A stretch of 64,000 nucleotides of DNA. Source: an uncultured Nitrososphaerales archaeon (GTDB lineage: Archaea; Thermoproteota; Nitrososphaeria; Nitrososphaerales; Nitrososphaeraceae). The stretch covers positions 64,001 to 128,000 of the forward strand of contig CAVPXM010000038.1 in NCBI GenBank assembly GCA_963709405.1, read 5' to 3'. The notes under the pieces were generated by a model. The model saw nothing but the letters and a program-made list of their open reading frames with translations, did not search any database and was not told the origin of the DNA. Made by a program: the position numbers and the translations under genes. Within the stretch, counting starts at the first letter, position 1, and each line of letters begins with the position of its first letter. Shown in pieces: positions 1 to 10,969 of the stretch.

Positions 1-850
1 CATTTACATGGGTATTGCGTGTAGAACGCTTAGCATTATACGTCACAGATTGGTATAACGATTTTACAATGAATCACCATCCAACACTCAAGTCATACAC
101 GCAGTTACATCGATAATCTATAAAATAGCAACTGGTCTTTTCCTATAGATCACATATTAAGATTTTTTAAACCTTTGTGTATGGCTTTATTGATCTTACC
201 TCTCACTCCTAAAGACAGACTCGATCCCTTCTCTTGAACCACTTTGATGATTAATAACAGATCAGGACTATCATTCCATTTCTAATCTTTTCTATAAACA
301 ATATTCTATTAACCCCATCTATAAACATACAATATCCACGTTATTCCCTCCAATCATACATATTACTGCATTTGAAGTTTAGTTCTGGATAAATCATGTC
401 ATTTATGAAAATTAAATATAATATCATCGGTTCATTCCCTGTATTATATCAAATTTATTGTGTTCTATACAAATACGTCCTGACATAAGTGAATGCACAT
501 CGCTAACCTTTATCGTCAGATAAGTAGAGGTGATATACAATAACTAACTGCGTAAGGCTAGAGTCGATATTGTAAGATTGGATAGTGAGGGGGATGACCT
601 GTCAGTTCTTAATTATCTGACCTAGGTGGTTTGAACATTATGATTGTGAGAAATATGTAGAGCCTTCTGAAGTACTATGTGTAATCAATTAGTAGCTTAA
701 GATATTACGACATGGCAAAAATGTCGCCATGAACAGGAGCAATAGCAATCGTAGATCCGATAACATGAGACCCAATCATTTGACGTGTCATTTGAAAGTT
801 GAATCTAGATATGGTTAATCAAGATTCTTCGAAATTTCCAAGTATATATA

Positions 851-1516
851 GTGCCTCATCCTACTTTGCAGAGGATGTTAGGAAGTAAAGATGTAAAAAA
901 AATGATACACAAGACATTTGAAAATATTCATAATAACCAAGCCAAAAATATTGACAAACAGAATCCAGAGAAAATACATGCTAATGAGGCTTCGCGTTGT
1001 ACCCGCCTAGCCTACTATGAACGAAAAGATCCTTTACCTTCGGATTCCAACTCCACGATTTCTGTTTTGATTAAGGACAGCGTTAGAAGGCTATTTAATA
1101 ACATCGATTCAGAATATAAAGTTGATGCCTTGTCAATATTGGCGTCCGCAGATATGCTTGTCGACGAGGAGTTTGTAGTGAAATTCGAGCTTGTAACCAA
1201 GCTGCCAGATACTCCCCATCCAAGGGACTTATTGTACCTGAATGCATGTCTATTTGCTTTTGATAAGACAGACGGAATACTAATCTATACAAATATTGAT
1301 GGAGGAACCATTGAATTTTCTTTGACAAGAAATAATAGAATGTTTCAGGAAATAATCAGAAGAGCTCGCATCTTAAGTACGTTGCTCAAAGAAGAAAGAG
1401 TCCCCATAGTGGAACCGTGCGAGCTCTGCCTAACGTGCAAGTATTATGAGAGATGCTATGCACAAGAGAGAAAAAACTCTAGCCTTGGCTTCCTTGGCTT
1501 GGGAATAACGGAATAA
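851..1516 (+). CDS. Solo Cas4-like / PD-(D/E)XK-fold protein with Fe-S cysteines and degenerate nuclease motifs
   Basis: N-terminal 'EASRCTRLAYY' and C-terminal 'CELCLTCKYYERC' match the split four-Cys arrangement of Cas4; 'SADML...VVKFE' lies where the RecB motifs II/III are expected; no cas1/cas2 or array in the window. Confidence 0.75.
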   Translation: MPHPTLQRMLGSKDVKKMIHKTFENIHNNQAKNIDKQNPEKIHANEASRCTRLAYYERKDPLPSDSNSTISVLIKDSVRRLFNNIDSEYKVDALSILASADMLVDEEFVVKFELVTKLPDTPHPRDLLYLNACLFAFDKTDGILIYTNIDGGTIEFSLTRNNRMFQEIIRRARILSTLLKEERVPIVEPCELCLTCKYYERCYAQERKNSSLGFLGLGITE

Positions 1517-2305
1517 GCATGCATATTAAAAAAGATTGTCTACGTTAAGATATCAAAAGGTTTGATTTTTACAGAAACAAGGAGCCTGAATTCATCAGGA
1601 TTAGTCATCACTCCGATAGCATAATTAATTTTCTCTAGTAGTGTAGTATTAATCGGGCTATCATTTCATTAATCCCTTCTAATACAATTGTTAGTCACAT
1701 ATTATTATCCTCTGTCACATTTAAAAAAAGTTACACTTGAATCAATATCGGCGACATGATCTTATGGTATGGGCTGTATGGTAACTGACTCATTTCATAA
1801 AAATAATAGATCTATTCATGGTATCAAGTGTTTTAACTCAAGGTCAAATCTAACTAATGAAAATGGTGGAGACATACAAATATCAATGCAGGCATCTGTG
1901 ATCGTATATATTTAGATATGATACTGTACTGAAAATAATGATAATACGATGATACTGGACAATGGAAACAGCATAGGATAAGTCGAAATATGAATTTAAG
2001 TATAGCGGAAAGTTCTATTAAAAATTGATTTTGTTGTAATGACTGTCATAATAATGCCTTCGTTATTTTAGCATTGAATTAACAGAGATCTAATGACACA
2101 TCCAATATTTCCGCACCAGTACAAGGCTTTTTCGATTACAAAAGAAAGTATTTGGTATCACTCAGAAAGGAAAGTACCGAGAGCTTATCAGTCAATAGTA
2201 TTTTGGCCTCTTACTCTTCTTTGAGTAGTACCAAAATATACAATAGAAGTATGTCATATGCAGATTTTTATAACCAATGGATGTAAGTATATGACGTATT
2301 ACAGA

Positions 2306-3580
2306 ATGGTTGCTATTGAAATCGGACAAATAGTTCAAGATTTTGCTGTCATCATGATTGTATCATCCGTTATGGCTCTATTGTCCTACAAACTTAAGCA
2401 GCCTATGGTAATAGGTTACATATTAGCTGGCATGATCATTGGTCCCTATACACCTCCATTTAGCTTGATTAGAAATGTAGATGTGTTGAACCTTTTTGCA
2501 GAGATTGGCATTATTCTTTTATTATTTGTAGTAGGGATGGAGTTTCCCATTGAGAAACTTAGAAAGATCGGTAAGAAGGCTTTCGTAATTGCTGTGTCTG
2601 AAGCGTTAGGTACATTTGTTATCGGACTTGTCATCGGAACGCAAGTATTGCATTATTCCTTTTCAAATGGCCTCTTTCTGGCCCTGGCAATTTCGGTCAC
2701 GAGCACCGTTATAGTTATGAGAATCCTGGAGGAATTAGATATTGTAAAAGAAGAAGCATCTACGCTAATATTAGGTGTTGCTGTGATTGAGGACATTATT
2801 ATAATATCAATGCTGGCGATTTTGCAGTCTATCACCTCTTCAGCAGGAGGTCAGCTGTCGGTCGGAGAATTAGTAATCTCCATACTCTCGGTATTGGCAT
2901 TCATAGGGGGAGTGTTATTCATAGGCTCAAAAGTAGTACCAAAGTTTGTCAATTACGTAGGCAGTACAAATCAACATGACTTACTTATAGTAGCAGTTCT
3001 CGGAGTGGCGTTTGGTTTATCGTTTGTTGCATACGAGATTGGCATATCCGTCGCAACTGGAGCTTTCTTTGCAGGTGTACTAATAGCAGAATCTAAAGTC
3101 CATTCAGTTACAAAAGTTCTTGCTACTCCAATTCGAGATATGTTCGCAGCTTTATTTTTCGTTTCTGTTGGTGCACTAATGGACATAAGACTTTTGCCTA
3201 TTTTCATAGTCCCTGTTGTTGTTTTGGTGGTAGTATCAGTCGTGGCAAAATTCCTCACGGTCTTTATATCTGCAAGGCTACAAGGTTTCAGTACGTTGAC
3301 TGCATTAAGAACTGGCTTTGGTTTATCTTCTTCTGGAGGAGAGTTAGCTTTGGTCGTTGCTAAAGGGGGAACAGATATTGGTGTTACTAGTGCTTTTCTA
3401 CTACCAATGGTTGGAACGATGACGATAATTACCACATTTATTACGCCATATATGATAAAGTTTGGATGGAGGCTTTCAAATTCGGTAGTATCTAAAACAG
3501 CAACGTTACCATCTCATTATTTTGGTATACAAAAAAGATTAAGTGGATTCAGAATCTTTAAGAAAACTAATAGAAAATAA
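2306..3580 (+). CDS. Cation:proton antiporter, CPA2 (KefB/NapA-like) family
   Basis: About 12 hydrophobic segments with CPA2 motifs 'QPMVIGYILAGMIIGP', 'AEIGIILLLFVVGME', 'VIED', 'GAFFAG'; start placed at ATG 2306 (ORF open from 2258). Confidence 0.9.
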   Translation: MVAIEIGQIVQDFAVIMIVSSVMALLSYKLKQPMVIGYILAGMIIGPYTPPFSLIRNVDVLNLFAEIGIILLLFVVGMEFPIEKLRKIGKKAFVIAVSEALGTFVIGLVIGTQVLHYSFSNGLFLALAISVTSTVIVMRILEELDIVKEEASTLILGVAVIEDIIIISMLAILQSITSSAGGQLSVGELVISILSVLAFIGGVLFIGSKVVPKFVNYVGSTNQHDLLIVAVLGVAFGLSFVAYEIGISVATGAFFAGVLIAESKVHSVTKVLATPIRDMFAALFFVSVGALMDIRLLPIFIVPVVVLVVVSVVAKFLTVFISARLQGFSTLTALRTGFGLSSSGGELALVVAKGGTDIGVTSAFLLPMVGTMTIITTFITPYMIKFGWRLSNSVVSKTATLPSHYFGIQKRLSGFRIFKKTNRK

Positions 3581-4208
3581 GATAATATTTGCCGCCAGCC
3601 CAACACTGTCCAGTCTACGTATTAATCTCTTAGCTATGAATAATAATAATAATTCGAACCTAGACGTCTTGTACACGATCAGTTGTCTGTTTCCTAGCCC
3701 GTTGGTTGTATTACAACAAAATCAAGCAACACAGATGGGTAGGTAACAAACTATTATTATTCAGGTGTGTATCTTAATATCATAGCTCTTATATTTACTC
3801 AGTTATCACTACAATAAGCCTGACGCCTCACATGTAATTACGATTTTCATACGGATCATAGCATTTGAATTATACTAGCACTAGATGCTTACTGTCAGTT
3901 CTCTACTGGCGGTTGTGACAAGAATAATCTACGTCTTCATGCTGTGATTAATTGACCATTTATGAATACCTGCTAAACTGTAATCTGACAGATCACAACC
4001 GGCTATAAGACAAATTACTACAATAGGACAAAAATAAGATATATATGCATCATTTAGGTCAATACGATGTTTGTGATGACTATAAAATGGATTGAAACTT
4101 TCATACCCCGAGAGAAATGGTTTGTCGAATTAGAAATTTTCCTTTACGCTATTGAAAGTCACATCCACCATTTTAAATGCTGGATATATTTATAGGAATG
4201 ATTTGACA

Positions 4209-4337
4209 TTGTCGACTAAGGATCTAAAACGATGTTTGATATGTGGCTGTACCGAGCACAAATTATTAGGTTGTTTTACACATTGGCGTTTTCATAATAA
4301 GAATGAAGGAAGATGTAAACTAATGACTAGGAAATAA
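4209..4337 (+). CDS. Possible small Cys/His-rich peptide (42 aa)
   Basis: TTG start, MSTKDLKRCLICGCTEHKLLGCFTH...; CxxC plus further Cys/His; TTTATA shortly upstream. Confidence 0.25.
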   Translation: MSTKDLKRCLICGCTEHKLLGCFTHWRFHNKNEGRCKLMTRK

Positions 4338-4567
4338 CTTGGTAAATTGTAGTCGATATATTAGTTATCAATTTAATATGTGTATATTTTACAAAAGTTG
4401 ATGGCTAACATCGAAAGCATATCTAAAGACTGATTGTGAGAAAATATAACTTGGAGATTCTGTTAATTGTCGGTCCCTAAGTGGAAATCGATCAAACTAT
4501 GAGCTAATTTTTGATAAATTATTACAGAAAACCATTCCATCTGAATTGAAAACATAAAAAAAGAAGT

Positions 4568-4763
4568 TTAGGAAGTCTTTATTAGTTTGTGAAAATGTTC
4601 TCTATTTTTGGTAATTTCCTGATTCCAACTCTCTTTAGTATAACCATGAATTCTTATGCCATGTTTCTTGGCATTCTGTAATATTTCTTCTTCTGGTTCA
4701 CCGTACATCGTGTGGCTACAGACTGGATCTCCCGCGTCAGTACCAGTTTATCCTCAGAGTCAT
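4568..4763 (-). CDS. DUF1059-family small metal-binding protein, split by a 1-nt insertion
   Basis: Removing one base of CC at 4743-4744 gives MTLRINCTDAGDPVCSHTMYGEPEEEILQNAKKHGIRIHGYTKESWNQEITKNREHFHKLIKTS, with the C-x7-C...H-x4-H pattern of DUF1059; absent from the ORF track. Confidence 0.7.
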
Positions 4764-5430
4764 TTTATAATAATAACGCAGAAATTAGTTTGGCAGAGAT
4801 ATTTAATAAAGCATACTGGCGAGTCATCGGTTAGTATAACTGTAATATACCTATTAATCTATCATCTGAAGTGTAATGAGACCATCTAGTCGCGTTAGTA
4901 CAGAGATCAAGGATCAATCATTGCCTTTTCAACTTGGTTCTTGATAGACTATACACGAAGATTCTTTAATTCGAATCTGGTTGTTGGAACAATGTGGTCT
5001 GTCGAACCATTAAAATGCTTTAAACAATAAGATCGTTATTTGAATGCGAAAAACCCGAAGCTCTTATTACTGTAAGATAGTGTTATGAAATAGGTGAATA
5101 TGTTCTATTTTGAATTCGTAACCTGCGGTTCCTTCCATCCAGGTAGTCTCATTGAACCATGACGAATGTGGCCTAACACATCTCACAGATTTAGCCATCT
5201 CAAGGTTCTTCAATAGATGAGAATCTGGAGGTCAATTGCACTATTGAAACAATTGATAGAAGATCCTAAAGTACCTTCATTTCAGATTTTACGGCTTTCT
5301 AAAACGGTTACGTCATAAATTTGTTCTTTTATAACCTTCTTATCTGAATGGCGATATCGTTTGTGCTAAGTTTAGTTTTTATGAATTTGAATGTGTATGA
5401 GATAGAGGCCAACTTATTCTCCAGTCATAT

Positions 5431-5967
5431 TTAATGAAAAACTGCGGGTACGATTATGGCGAGTAAATAAACTATTGCAACCGCTTTTACTGTTTTACCT
5501 ATACTCATAACGATAACAAATTTTTTGAAGTTGTATTTCTTTACTCCAGCAATAACTGGTATAACATCTCCACCGATGGGGATCCACGGGGATAGGAAGA
5601 TTATTATCCACCCATATCTTTCTAACATAATAGTAGTTCGCTTATCCTTATCACCATGATAAAAGCTATTACCCTTACCATCATTGCGGAAGTCATCATT
5701 TCCTTTAGAATGTCCTTTGTGTATTAGATGAGACATCTTTTTTCCAGTGTACCCTAAATAGTATGCAAGAAGCCCCCCGACTACTGATCCTACAGTTAGT
5801 ACAATAAATACATCTAGTTGGCTTTGTCCAGAAGCTAACAAGGCAGAGATTGTCAGCTCAGTTGGAATAGGGATGACGGACGATAGTATTCCATTAGCCA
5901 AGAGACCTAATAATCCATATTGTGTAAAGAGCAAAGTTAATGGTGTAGGGATAGCAAAATCGAGCAT
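5431..5967 (-). CDS. DedA/YqaA (SNARE-associated, VTT domain) membrane protein
   Basis: 'SSVIPIPTE', 'GSVVGGLLAYYLG', 'ERYG...WIPIGGDVIPVIAG' are DedA/YqaA motifs. Confidence 0.85.
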   Translation of the reverse strand: MLDFAIPTPLTLLFTQYGLLGLLANGILSSVIPIPTELTISALLASGQSQLDVFIVLTVGSVVGGLLAYYLGYTGKKMSHLIHKGHSKGNDDFRNDGKGNSFYHGDKDKRTTIMLERYGWIIIFLSPWIPIGGDVIPVIAGVKKYNFKKFVIVMSIGKTVKAVAIVYLLAIIVPAVFH

Positions 5968-6110
5968 CAGTTATTAGCTGCATTGACTAACAAATTAGGA
6001 TACTTTAACTTATGGTGGTATTAATATTTCCAAGCTTGGTTTGCAAACTTAATTTATTAAATCATTGATAAATTCGGCTCTGTAGAAACCATCTTTTGCA
6101 TAACCGTTAG

Positions 6111-6784
6111 AGCTTTGTAAAGTTAAGATATTTTCTCCTTGTTATAATAATATGCAAATAGATTTAACCATTTTTGTACGTGCTTCAGCTTGCAATTTTT
6201 CTTTCTACATGGAAGATAGTCATCAAAACATTCAGTTCTATCCTTTATGTACTCTATCGTCCTTTCTATGATACTTTTCTCATATGAAGAATGGAGGTGA
6301 TGATTTAGTTTCAAGAATTGACAGTCTTGTGGATACCAAGTACCGCCATCGGTAGAAACCGGATGTTCTCCATATTCTTTTATAACGTTCGATAGAAATC
6401 GCTCTGCCACAAACTTATTTCTCTCTTTTGATATATTCAATCTTAGAACCTCCTTACTTTCAGGCTCTATGGCAACCCAAAGCCAAATTAATTAACTCAG
6501 AACCAACTTTGATTTGGGTTTCGTCGAGTATGAATTCGAATATCTTGGTCTTCCTATAATACAATATTTTAGGATTATACTTTTGAATCCAATCTCTTAT
6601 GGCAGTATGGCTTCTTGTAACAAATTTGGATATGGCCTTAGAAGTATTTCTTAACGACAGACCATTAAAATAAAGATGCAAAGCATATACTATGTCTTCA
6701 GGTTCTGTTCCATTTTTTCTTACTTGGTATACCATATATAAAAAACGAGAAAGTAACCTATAGCTTTTCCTTAAATTTAGAGCC
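6111..6784 (-). mobile_element. IS6-family insertion sequence (copy 1); transposase broken by one 4-bp duplication
   Basis: ORFs 6460-6735 and 6123-6440 join into HTH + DDE (LDETQIKVG, STDGGTWY, IIERTIEYIKDR) if AATT in TTAATTAATTTGG is removed; imperfect TIRs AGCTTTGTAAAGTTAAG / GGCTCTAAATTTAAG; flanks ACCGTTAG / TCCCTTAG (6/8). Confidence 0.9.
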
Positions 6785-6788
6785 TCCC

Positions 6789-6885
6789 TTAGTATACTAA
6801 ATCATATATCGTTATATGGCCATGTACTAAGATTAGTATACTAAATCATATATCGTTATATGGCCATGTACTAAGATTAGTATAC
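6789..6885. repeat. 44-bp tandem direct repeat (2.2 copies) starting with the palindrome TTAGTATACTAA
   Basis: TTAGTATACTAAATCATATATCGTTATATGGCCATGTACTAAGA at 6789-6832 and 6833-6876, then TTAGTATAC. Confidence 0.9.
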
Positions 6886-7001
6886 ATACATAAATTGACG
6901 TTTCTTTAATCCTTTTTATTGATTGTATGTTTAAAATTATTCACTATTTCGGCATTCCTAAGTACTTATCAAAATATAGGTTCTGACGCAGATAGTGGTC
7001 A

Positions 7002-7181
7002 GATTCAGATGGTCAACATGATCCCGAGAAAATTCCTGATATTATAGCACCAATATTAAATGATGGATTTGACATGATTATTGGATCTAGGTTTCTAATT
7101 CAGCAAGATAGAAACAAAGTTCCTGGAAATAGGACTTTAGGTATCAAAACCATAACAAGGCTTGCCCAGGTGACAATCTAG
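7002..7181 (+). pseudogene. Internal fragment of a family-2 (DPM1-like) glycosyltransferase
   Basis: Translates as DSDGQHDPEKIPDIIAPILNDGFDMIIGSRF...RTLGIKTITRL*, with the DxDGQH and GSRF signatures; N- and C-terminal parts missing. Confidence 0.75.
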
Positions 7182-7686
7182 AACTAGCCCAGGAGGCAAG
7201 ATAATTTTATTCCCACTTGTAATTATCTCGCAAATTCGCATTGTCCTATCAGACCTTGTAGAGCCAAACGATGATAATTTGTAACTTGCATACTTTTATG
7301 ATGAGCAATCTTATTTAGCTCTTCTAGGAAAAGATTTCGGAATAAAAGTGTCATGAAATCTATGTCGCCTACCGACGAGATTTATAGAATAAAGTTATGC
7401 TGCCGATCCTGATGTCTTATAACAAAAATTAACCTTAATTTTATGTTATCATAGTAAATAACAGCTGATTCAGATAGGATCACCACATGTGATTGTTAAT
7501 GGCATCAGTCAACACGATTGCGTATACAAACGACCATTTCATTATACGCATTTGATTGGTCCAAACATAATTCGATTGAGTTGTAAGACTATAGACTTAT
7601 GCTCGTACAGGTAGATATAATTGAAAGAGTGTACGTACATTTATAGCAAATCTACCTACATATAATTAGCAAATATCAAATACAAG

Positions 7687-7977
7687 CTACAGAAAAGTTT
7701 TTTCAACAGATTTCAAGATCTGGGAAATGACCTTTATATGCCCATAATTATTCATTATTTTATTCAATATTTCTTTTATCATAGTTTTATTATCTGGATC
7801 ATCTTTTAATAAGACAATCATATCTTCAAATAGATTTGTCAATTTCAATTCATCTTCTTTATCTACTTCATTTTTCAACGCGTATGATTCTTCAGATTTA
7901 TTTCCTTGCGTCGAACTCAAATGAGATAATACTCTGATAATATTATCAACTTTTGAGATAGTATCTTCCCTCTCCAC
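7687..7977 (-). CDS. Hypothetical helical protein (96 aa)
   Basis: GTG-start ORF with protein-like amphipathic composition; no recognisable family. Confidence 0.55.
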   Translation of the reverse strand: MEREDTISKVDNIIRVLSHLSSTQGNKSEESYALKNEVDKEDELKLTNLFEDMIVLLKDDPDNKTMIKEILNKIMNNYGHIKVISQILKSVEKTFL

Positions 7978-8896
7978 GGAGATATATTTTTCATTGAATC
8001 ATATGAATGCATTGTAACAAAATGCATTTCACCCTACAGTTTAGGGTACAAAAATAGTGCATTTCTTGGTCAAAAAATCAGTTCAAATACAGATAGTATC
8101 TCTATTGATTCTTCTCAAGAAAATCTACTAATAATATTAATTTTTGGAATCTTTTTCTCCCCTAAATTACCTTCTAATCTCACGTATTTTTAAACCAAAA
8201 AGAAACAAATAGGGCTTTTCGTCGCTTTATGTCATAATTATTTCTGAGACATTCAAAAATCTCTCGATCACGTAGATGTTCTTAACATATTACGCTTCTT
8301 TACCAGCGGTTGCCTTCCCAATTCATCGGTAGCTCTGTGCTGACCTTGAACCTTTGTTACTTTCTATATCTATTCTTCAGATTGCAATTGATATGACATG
8401 ATTGAATTCAAATAACATAACTCACGAGGCTATTTTTAAATAACATGGATGATTTTGCACGTTAAATCAGGATAATAACTATACAAACCCTATCGAAATA
8501 CGAAATAAGAAAGGTATGCTTCATAAAGTGGAGTTTACTGGCCTCCATTATGATATACTAGCAGTTTATTGCCTGCAAAATGATATACTCATATAGGAAA
8601 GTTATCCAGGTGCACCATGTAGTCGTGAGGATGGGTAGTTCATATTTGTTTTTGCTTATCCACCATGAGGTGAATATATATAGCTCATTCTGGCTTAGCT
8701 TAAATATCGACAAAGATCAACCTCCATTTCTGGGTCTCAAAGAAGCAACCACTTATTTAAGAATCCTCCACTACATAGGTGATGCAATTCAAAGCTTTTT
8801 GTTAATGGTTATACAACATCTTAACTGGTAAAACACGGCAGATCCGCATTATATCATATGTAATATGAGAGTATTGCTAATCTCAAAATTTGAACA

Positions 8897-8915
8897 ATAA
8901 AAAAGAAAAAAATGA
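8897..8915 (-). terminator. T-rich archaeal terminator-like tract
   Basis: Minus strand reads TCATTTTTTTCTTTTTTAT directly after the stop of 8916-9998. Confidence 0.45.
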
Positions 8916-9998
8916 TTACTTGGCGGCCAGATTGAATGTGGCACTCTCGATAAATTCTCCGCTAGGATTTCCAGCAACAGCATCTAAACTAATCTTCACG
9001 ATGAAAGGCCCTGCCTGCGGAATGTTTACGACTTGTTTTCCAGTACCGTCAGGAGCTTTCTGATCTGCAGCTTGTTTGATCGTTTTGCCATCTGGTGTAG
9101 TTACCAAAAAGGTATAACTTACCTGACCTTGAATATTATTTGAGCTATCCATAAAGAGTATACCAAATTGTGTATCTTTGCCATGTACAATAATTACTGG
9201 GTCCCAAAACAACTGAATGTTAAACGATCCACGACCTGTTTGCAAAGTTAATGGCGGTTTAGGTGTTTCGATTAGACTTTTCGGTTGCTTAGGTTGACCT
9301 TGACCAGTGGATTGAAGTTCATAAGCAAATTGAATAGGTGGAGCTCCAGTAGTTACAGCTGCAAAAGCCTGCGCCTTGATTGGATATGGCATATTCTGGT
9401 TCACGTATATGTGGTTATCAGCTCCATAATGCCAAGAGATAGCTGTAGTATCAAACGTTCCGGCTGGGACCGTCACCTTTGCTGCTCCGGTAGGTGCAAT
9501 AGGCGACCCGCCTATAGCCGCTAGCTTGCCCCAGAAAGGAGAAGTTAGTGATTGTCCAGGTTTTGGTACGAATGCTGCTAACCAGGCTAATGTATCAACG
9601 TATGCACTCCTATAGGGCATCAATGCAGGAGGTATCTGTGAACTGCCTAGAGCAGAAAGATCAAGGTCGCTCAAGTGAAAAGTTCCATTAACCACATTGC
9701 CGTTTGGTTCTGTTACGTAGACCGGAGCAATCCAGTAACCCTTGTTGTTATCGAATTGCTTAAAATAAATAGTCATTAGGAACGGCTGGCTTTCTTTTGT
9801 GTCATGATTCTGTATCTTATAAGTGTAATATGTACCCGCTTTCACACCTTTACCTAGGTACCAATTATTGTCTGCATAGGCCTTCTGAAACCCCATTGGG
9901 GATTCCGGTATTAATAACATTGGCGCAACTAATATCGTACTCAAGGCAAAGAATATGCCAATACCAGTAGTGTTCTTATATTGCTTCATATTCATCAA
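8916..9998 (-). CDS. Exported/cell-surface protein of unknown function
   Basis: Signal peptide ending 'QKAYA'; beta-rich mature part with 'VTVPAGTFDT'; C-terminal beta-sandwich-like domain. Confidence 0.75.
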   Translation of the reverse strand: MMNMKQYKNTTGIGIFFALSTILVAPMLLIPESPMGFQKAYADNNWYLGKGVKAGTYYTYKIQNHDTKESQPFLMTIYFKQFDNNKGYWIAPVYVTEPNGNVVNGTFHLSDLDLSALGSSQIPPALMPYRSAYVDTLAWLAAFVPKPGQSLTSPFWGKLAAIGGSPIAPTGAAKVTVPAGTFDTTAISWHYGADNHIYVNQNMPYPIKAQAFAAVTTGAPPIQFAYELQSTGQGQPKQPKSLIETPKPPLTLQTGRGSFNIQLFWDPVIIVHGKDTQFGILFMDSSNNIQGQVSYTFLVTTPDGKTIKQAADQKAPDGTGKQVVNIPQAGPFIVKISLDAVAGNPSGEFIESATFNLAAK

Positions 9999-10324
9999 CT
10001 ATTACAGTTCAGATAACTTGATAAATATTTTTATTTTGTTCTTATAATATTCTCGTATAATGTACCGGAATCTTGTTTGCTAGAGAAACTAATCTTGATC
10101 CTTTTCTAAATTTAAGGAAAAATTCATCAATTATGAATGTGATTTACCAATTATTTAGAATAAATCTTACAATAGCCGCTTTACCATCGTGAGGCACCAG
10201 AGCATATATATTCAAGTTCTGAGATTTAACACGCCCAAGGGGTACGAATTTTGATAGCATTCTTATCCTATTACGACTTTAGCATATAATGGACCTGGCC
10301 TGTAAATTTGCGTAATGATACAGA

Positions 10325-10654
10325 CTAGATATCCGAACTATGTTCAAAAGAGCGAATAGTCGATAAGTGGGGGGCTGTAAGTTTTATCGTGTAAGCGGCA
10401 GTATCATCTGAAGAAAGATGAGAAAGTTCCTCCAAGAATTTTGTCTTATCTCTTCCCCGCTCATAAAGACCGCCTGATTCCTTTATACATAAGGGAAACT
10501 TTTGTAGACTAATGTCTTTAGAACGAAGATAAGAAATAAAACGCTGATAGGCACGAAGATCATACCAATCCCATCCCTTCTCCTCGCAGAAAATTATCCA
10601 TACATCGATGGTGTTTTGGAAGAAAGCCTTTGAACGCAGTTTCTCTAGACTCAT
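10325..10654 (-). CDS. Conserved thaumarchaeal hypothetical protein
   Basis: ORF MSLEKLRSKAFFQNTIDVW...; resembles small conserved proteins of ammonia-oxidising archaea (from recall). Confidence 0.7.
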   Translation of the reverse strand: MSLEKLRSKAFFQNTIDVWIIFCEEKGWDWYDLRAYQRFISYLRSKDISLQKFPLCIKESGGLYERGRDKTKFLEELSHLSSDDTAAYTIKLTAPHLSTIRSFEHSSDI

Positions 10655-10766
10655 ATATCGATAAATAGAATACATCACAGTATTTTTGAATTTATCGGTA
10701 ATAACTAGTGAGTCAAGGGTTTGATTCTAGTCTTCTATCAATATCAAAAATTATGACACAGGCAAA

Positions 10767-10786
10767 CGATTCGATTCGATTCGATT
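10767..10786. repeat. (CGATT)4 pentanucleotide repeat in a divergent intergenic region
   Basis: CGATTCGATTCGATTCGATT read directly. Confidence 0.7.
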
Positions 10787-10969
10787 CAGATTTAAATATT
10801 GTATTACAGAGAGAAAACGATAATGTATGTGGTAAATTGCTCTCATTTAACTTATATTTTGCATCTTTAAGCGAATTTTTGACTATATTATTTAGGATCG
10901 GGTTAATTTATCTTAGCAATAAGCTTATAATCATATAGATTATTAAGCCATTAGTTATATGGATTTAAT

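Noticed and set aside
6789-6885. Possible mini CRISPR array, given the Cas4-like gene 5 kb away
   Set aside because: The units are identical over their whole 44 bp with no variable spacers; this is a tandem duplication
10085-10101. 17-bp match to the end of IS6 copy 1 (TCTAAATTTAAGGAAAA)
   Set aside because: AT-rich, lacks the terminal GGC, and has no partner end or transposase remnant; may be chance
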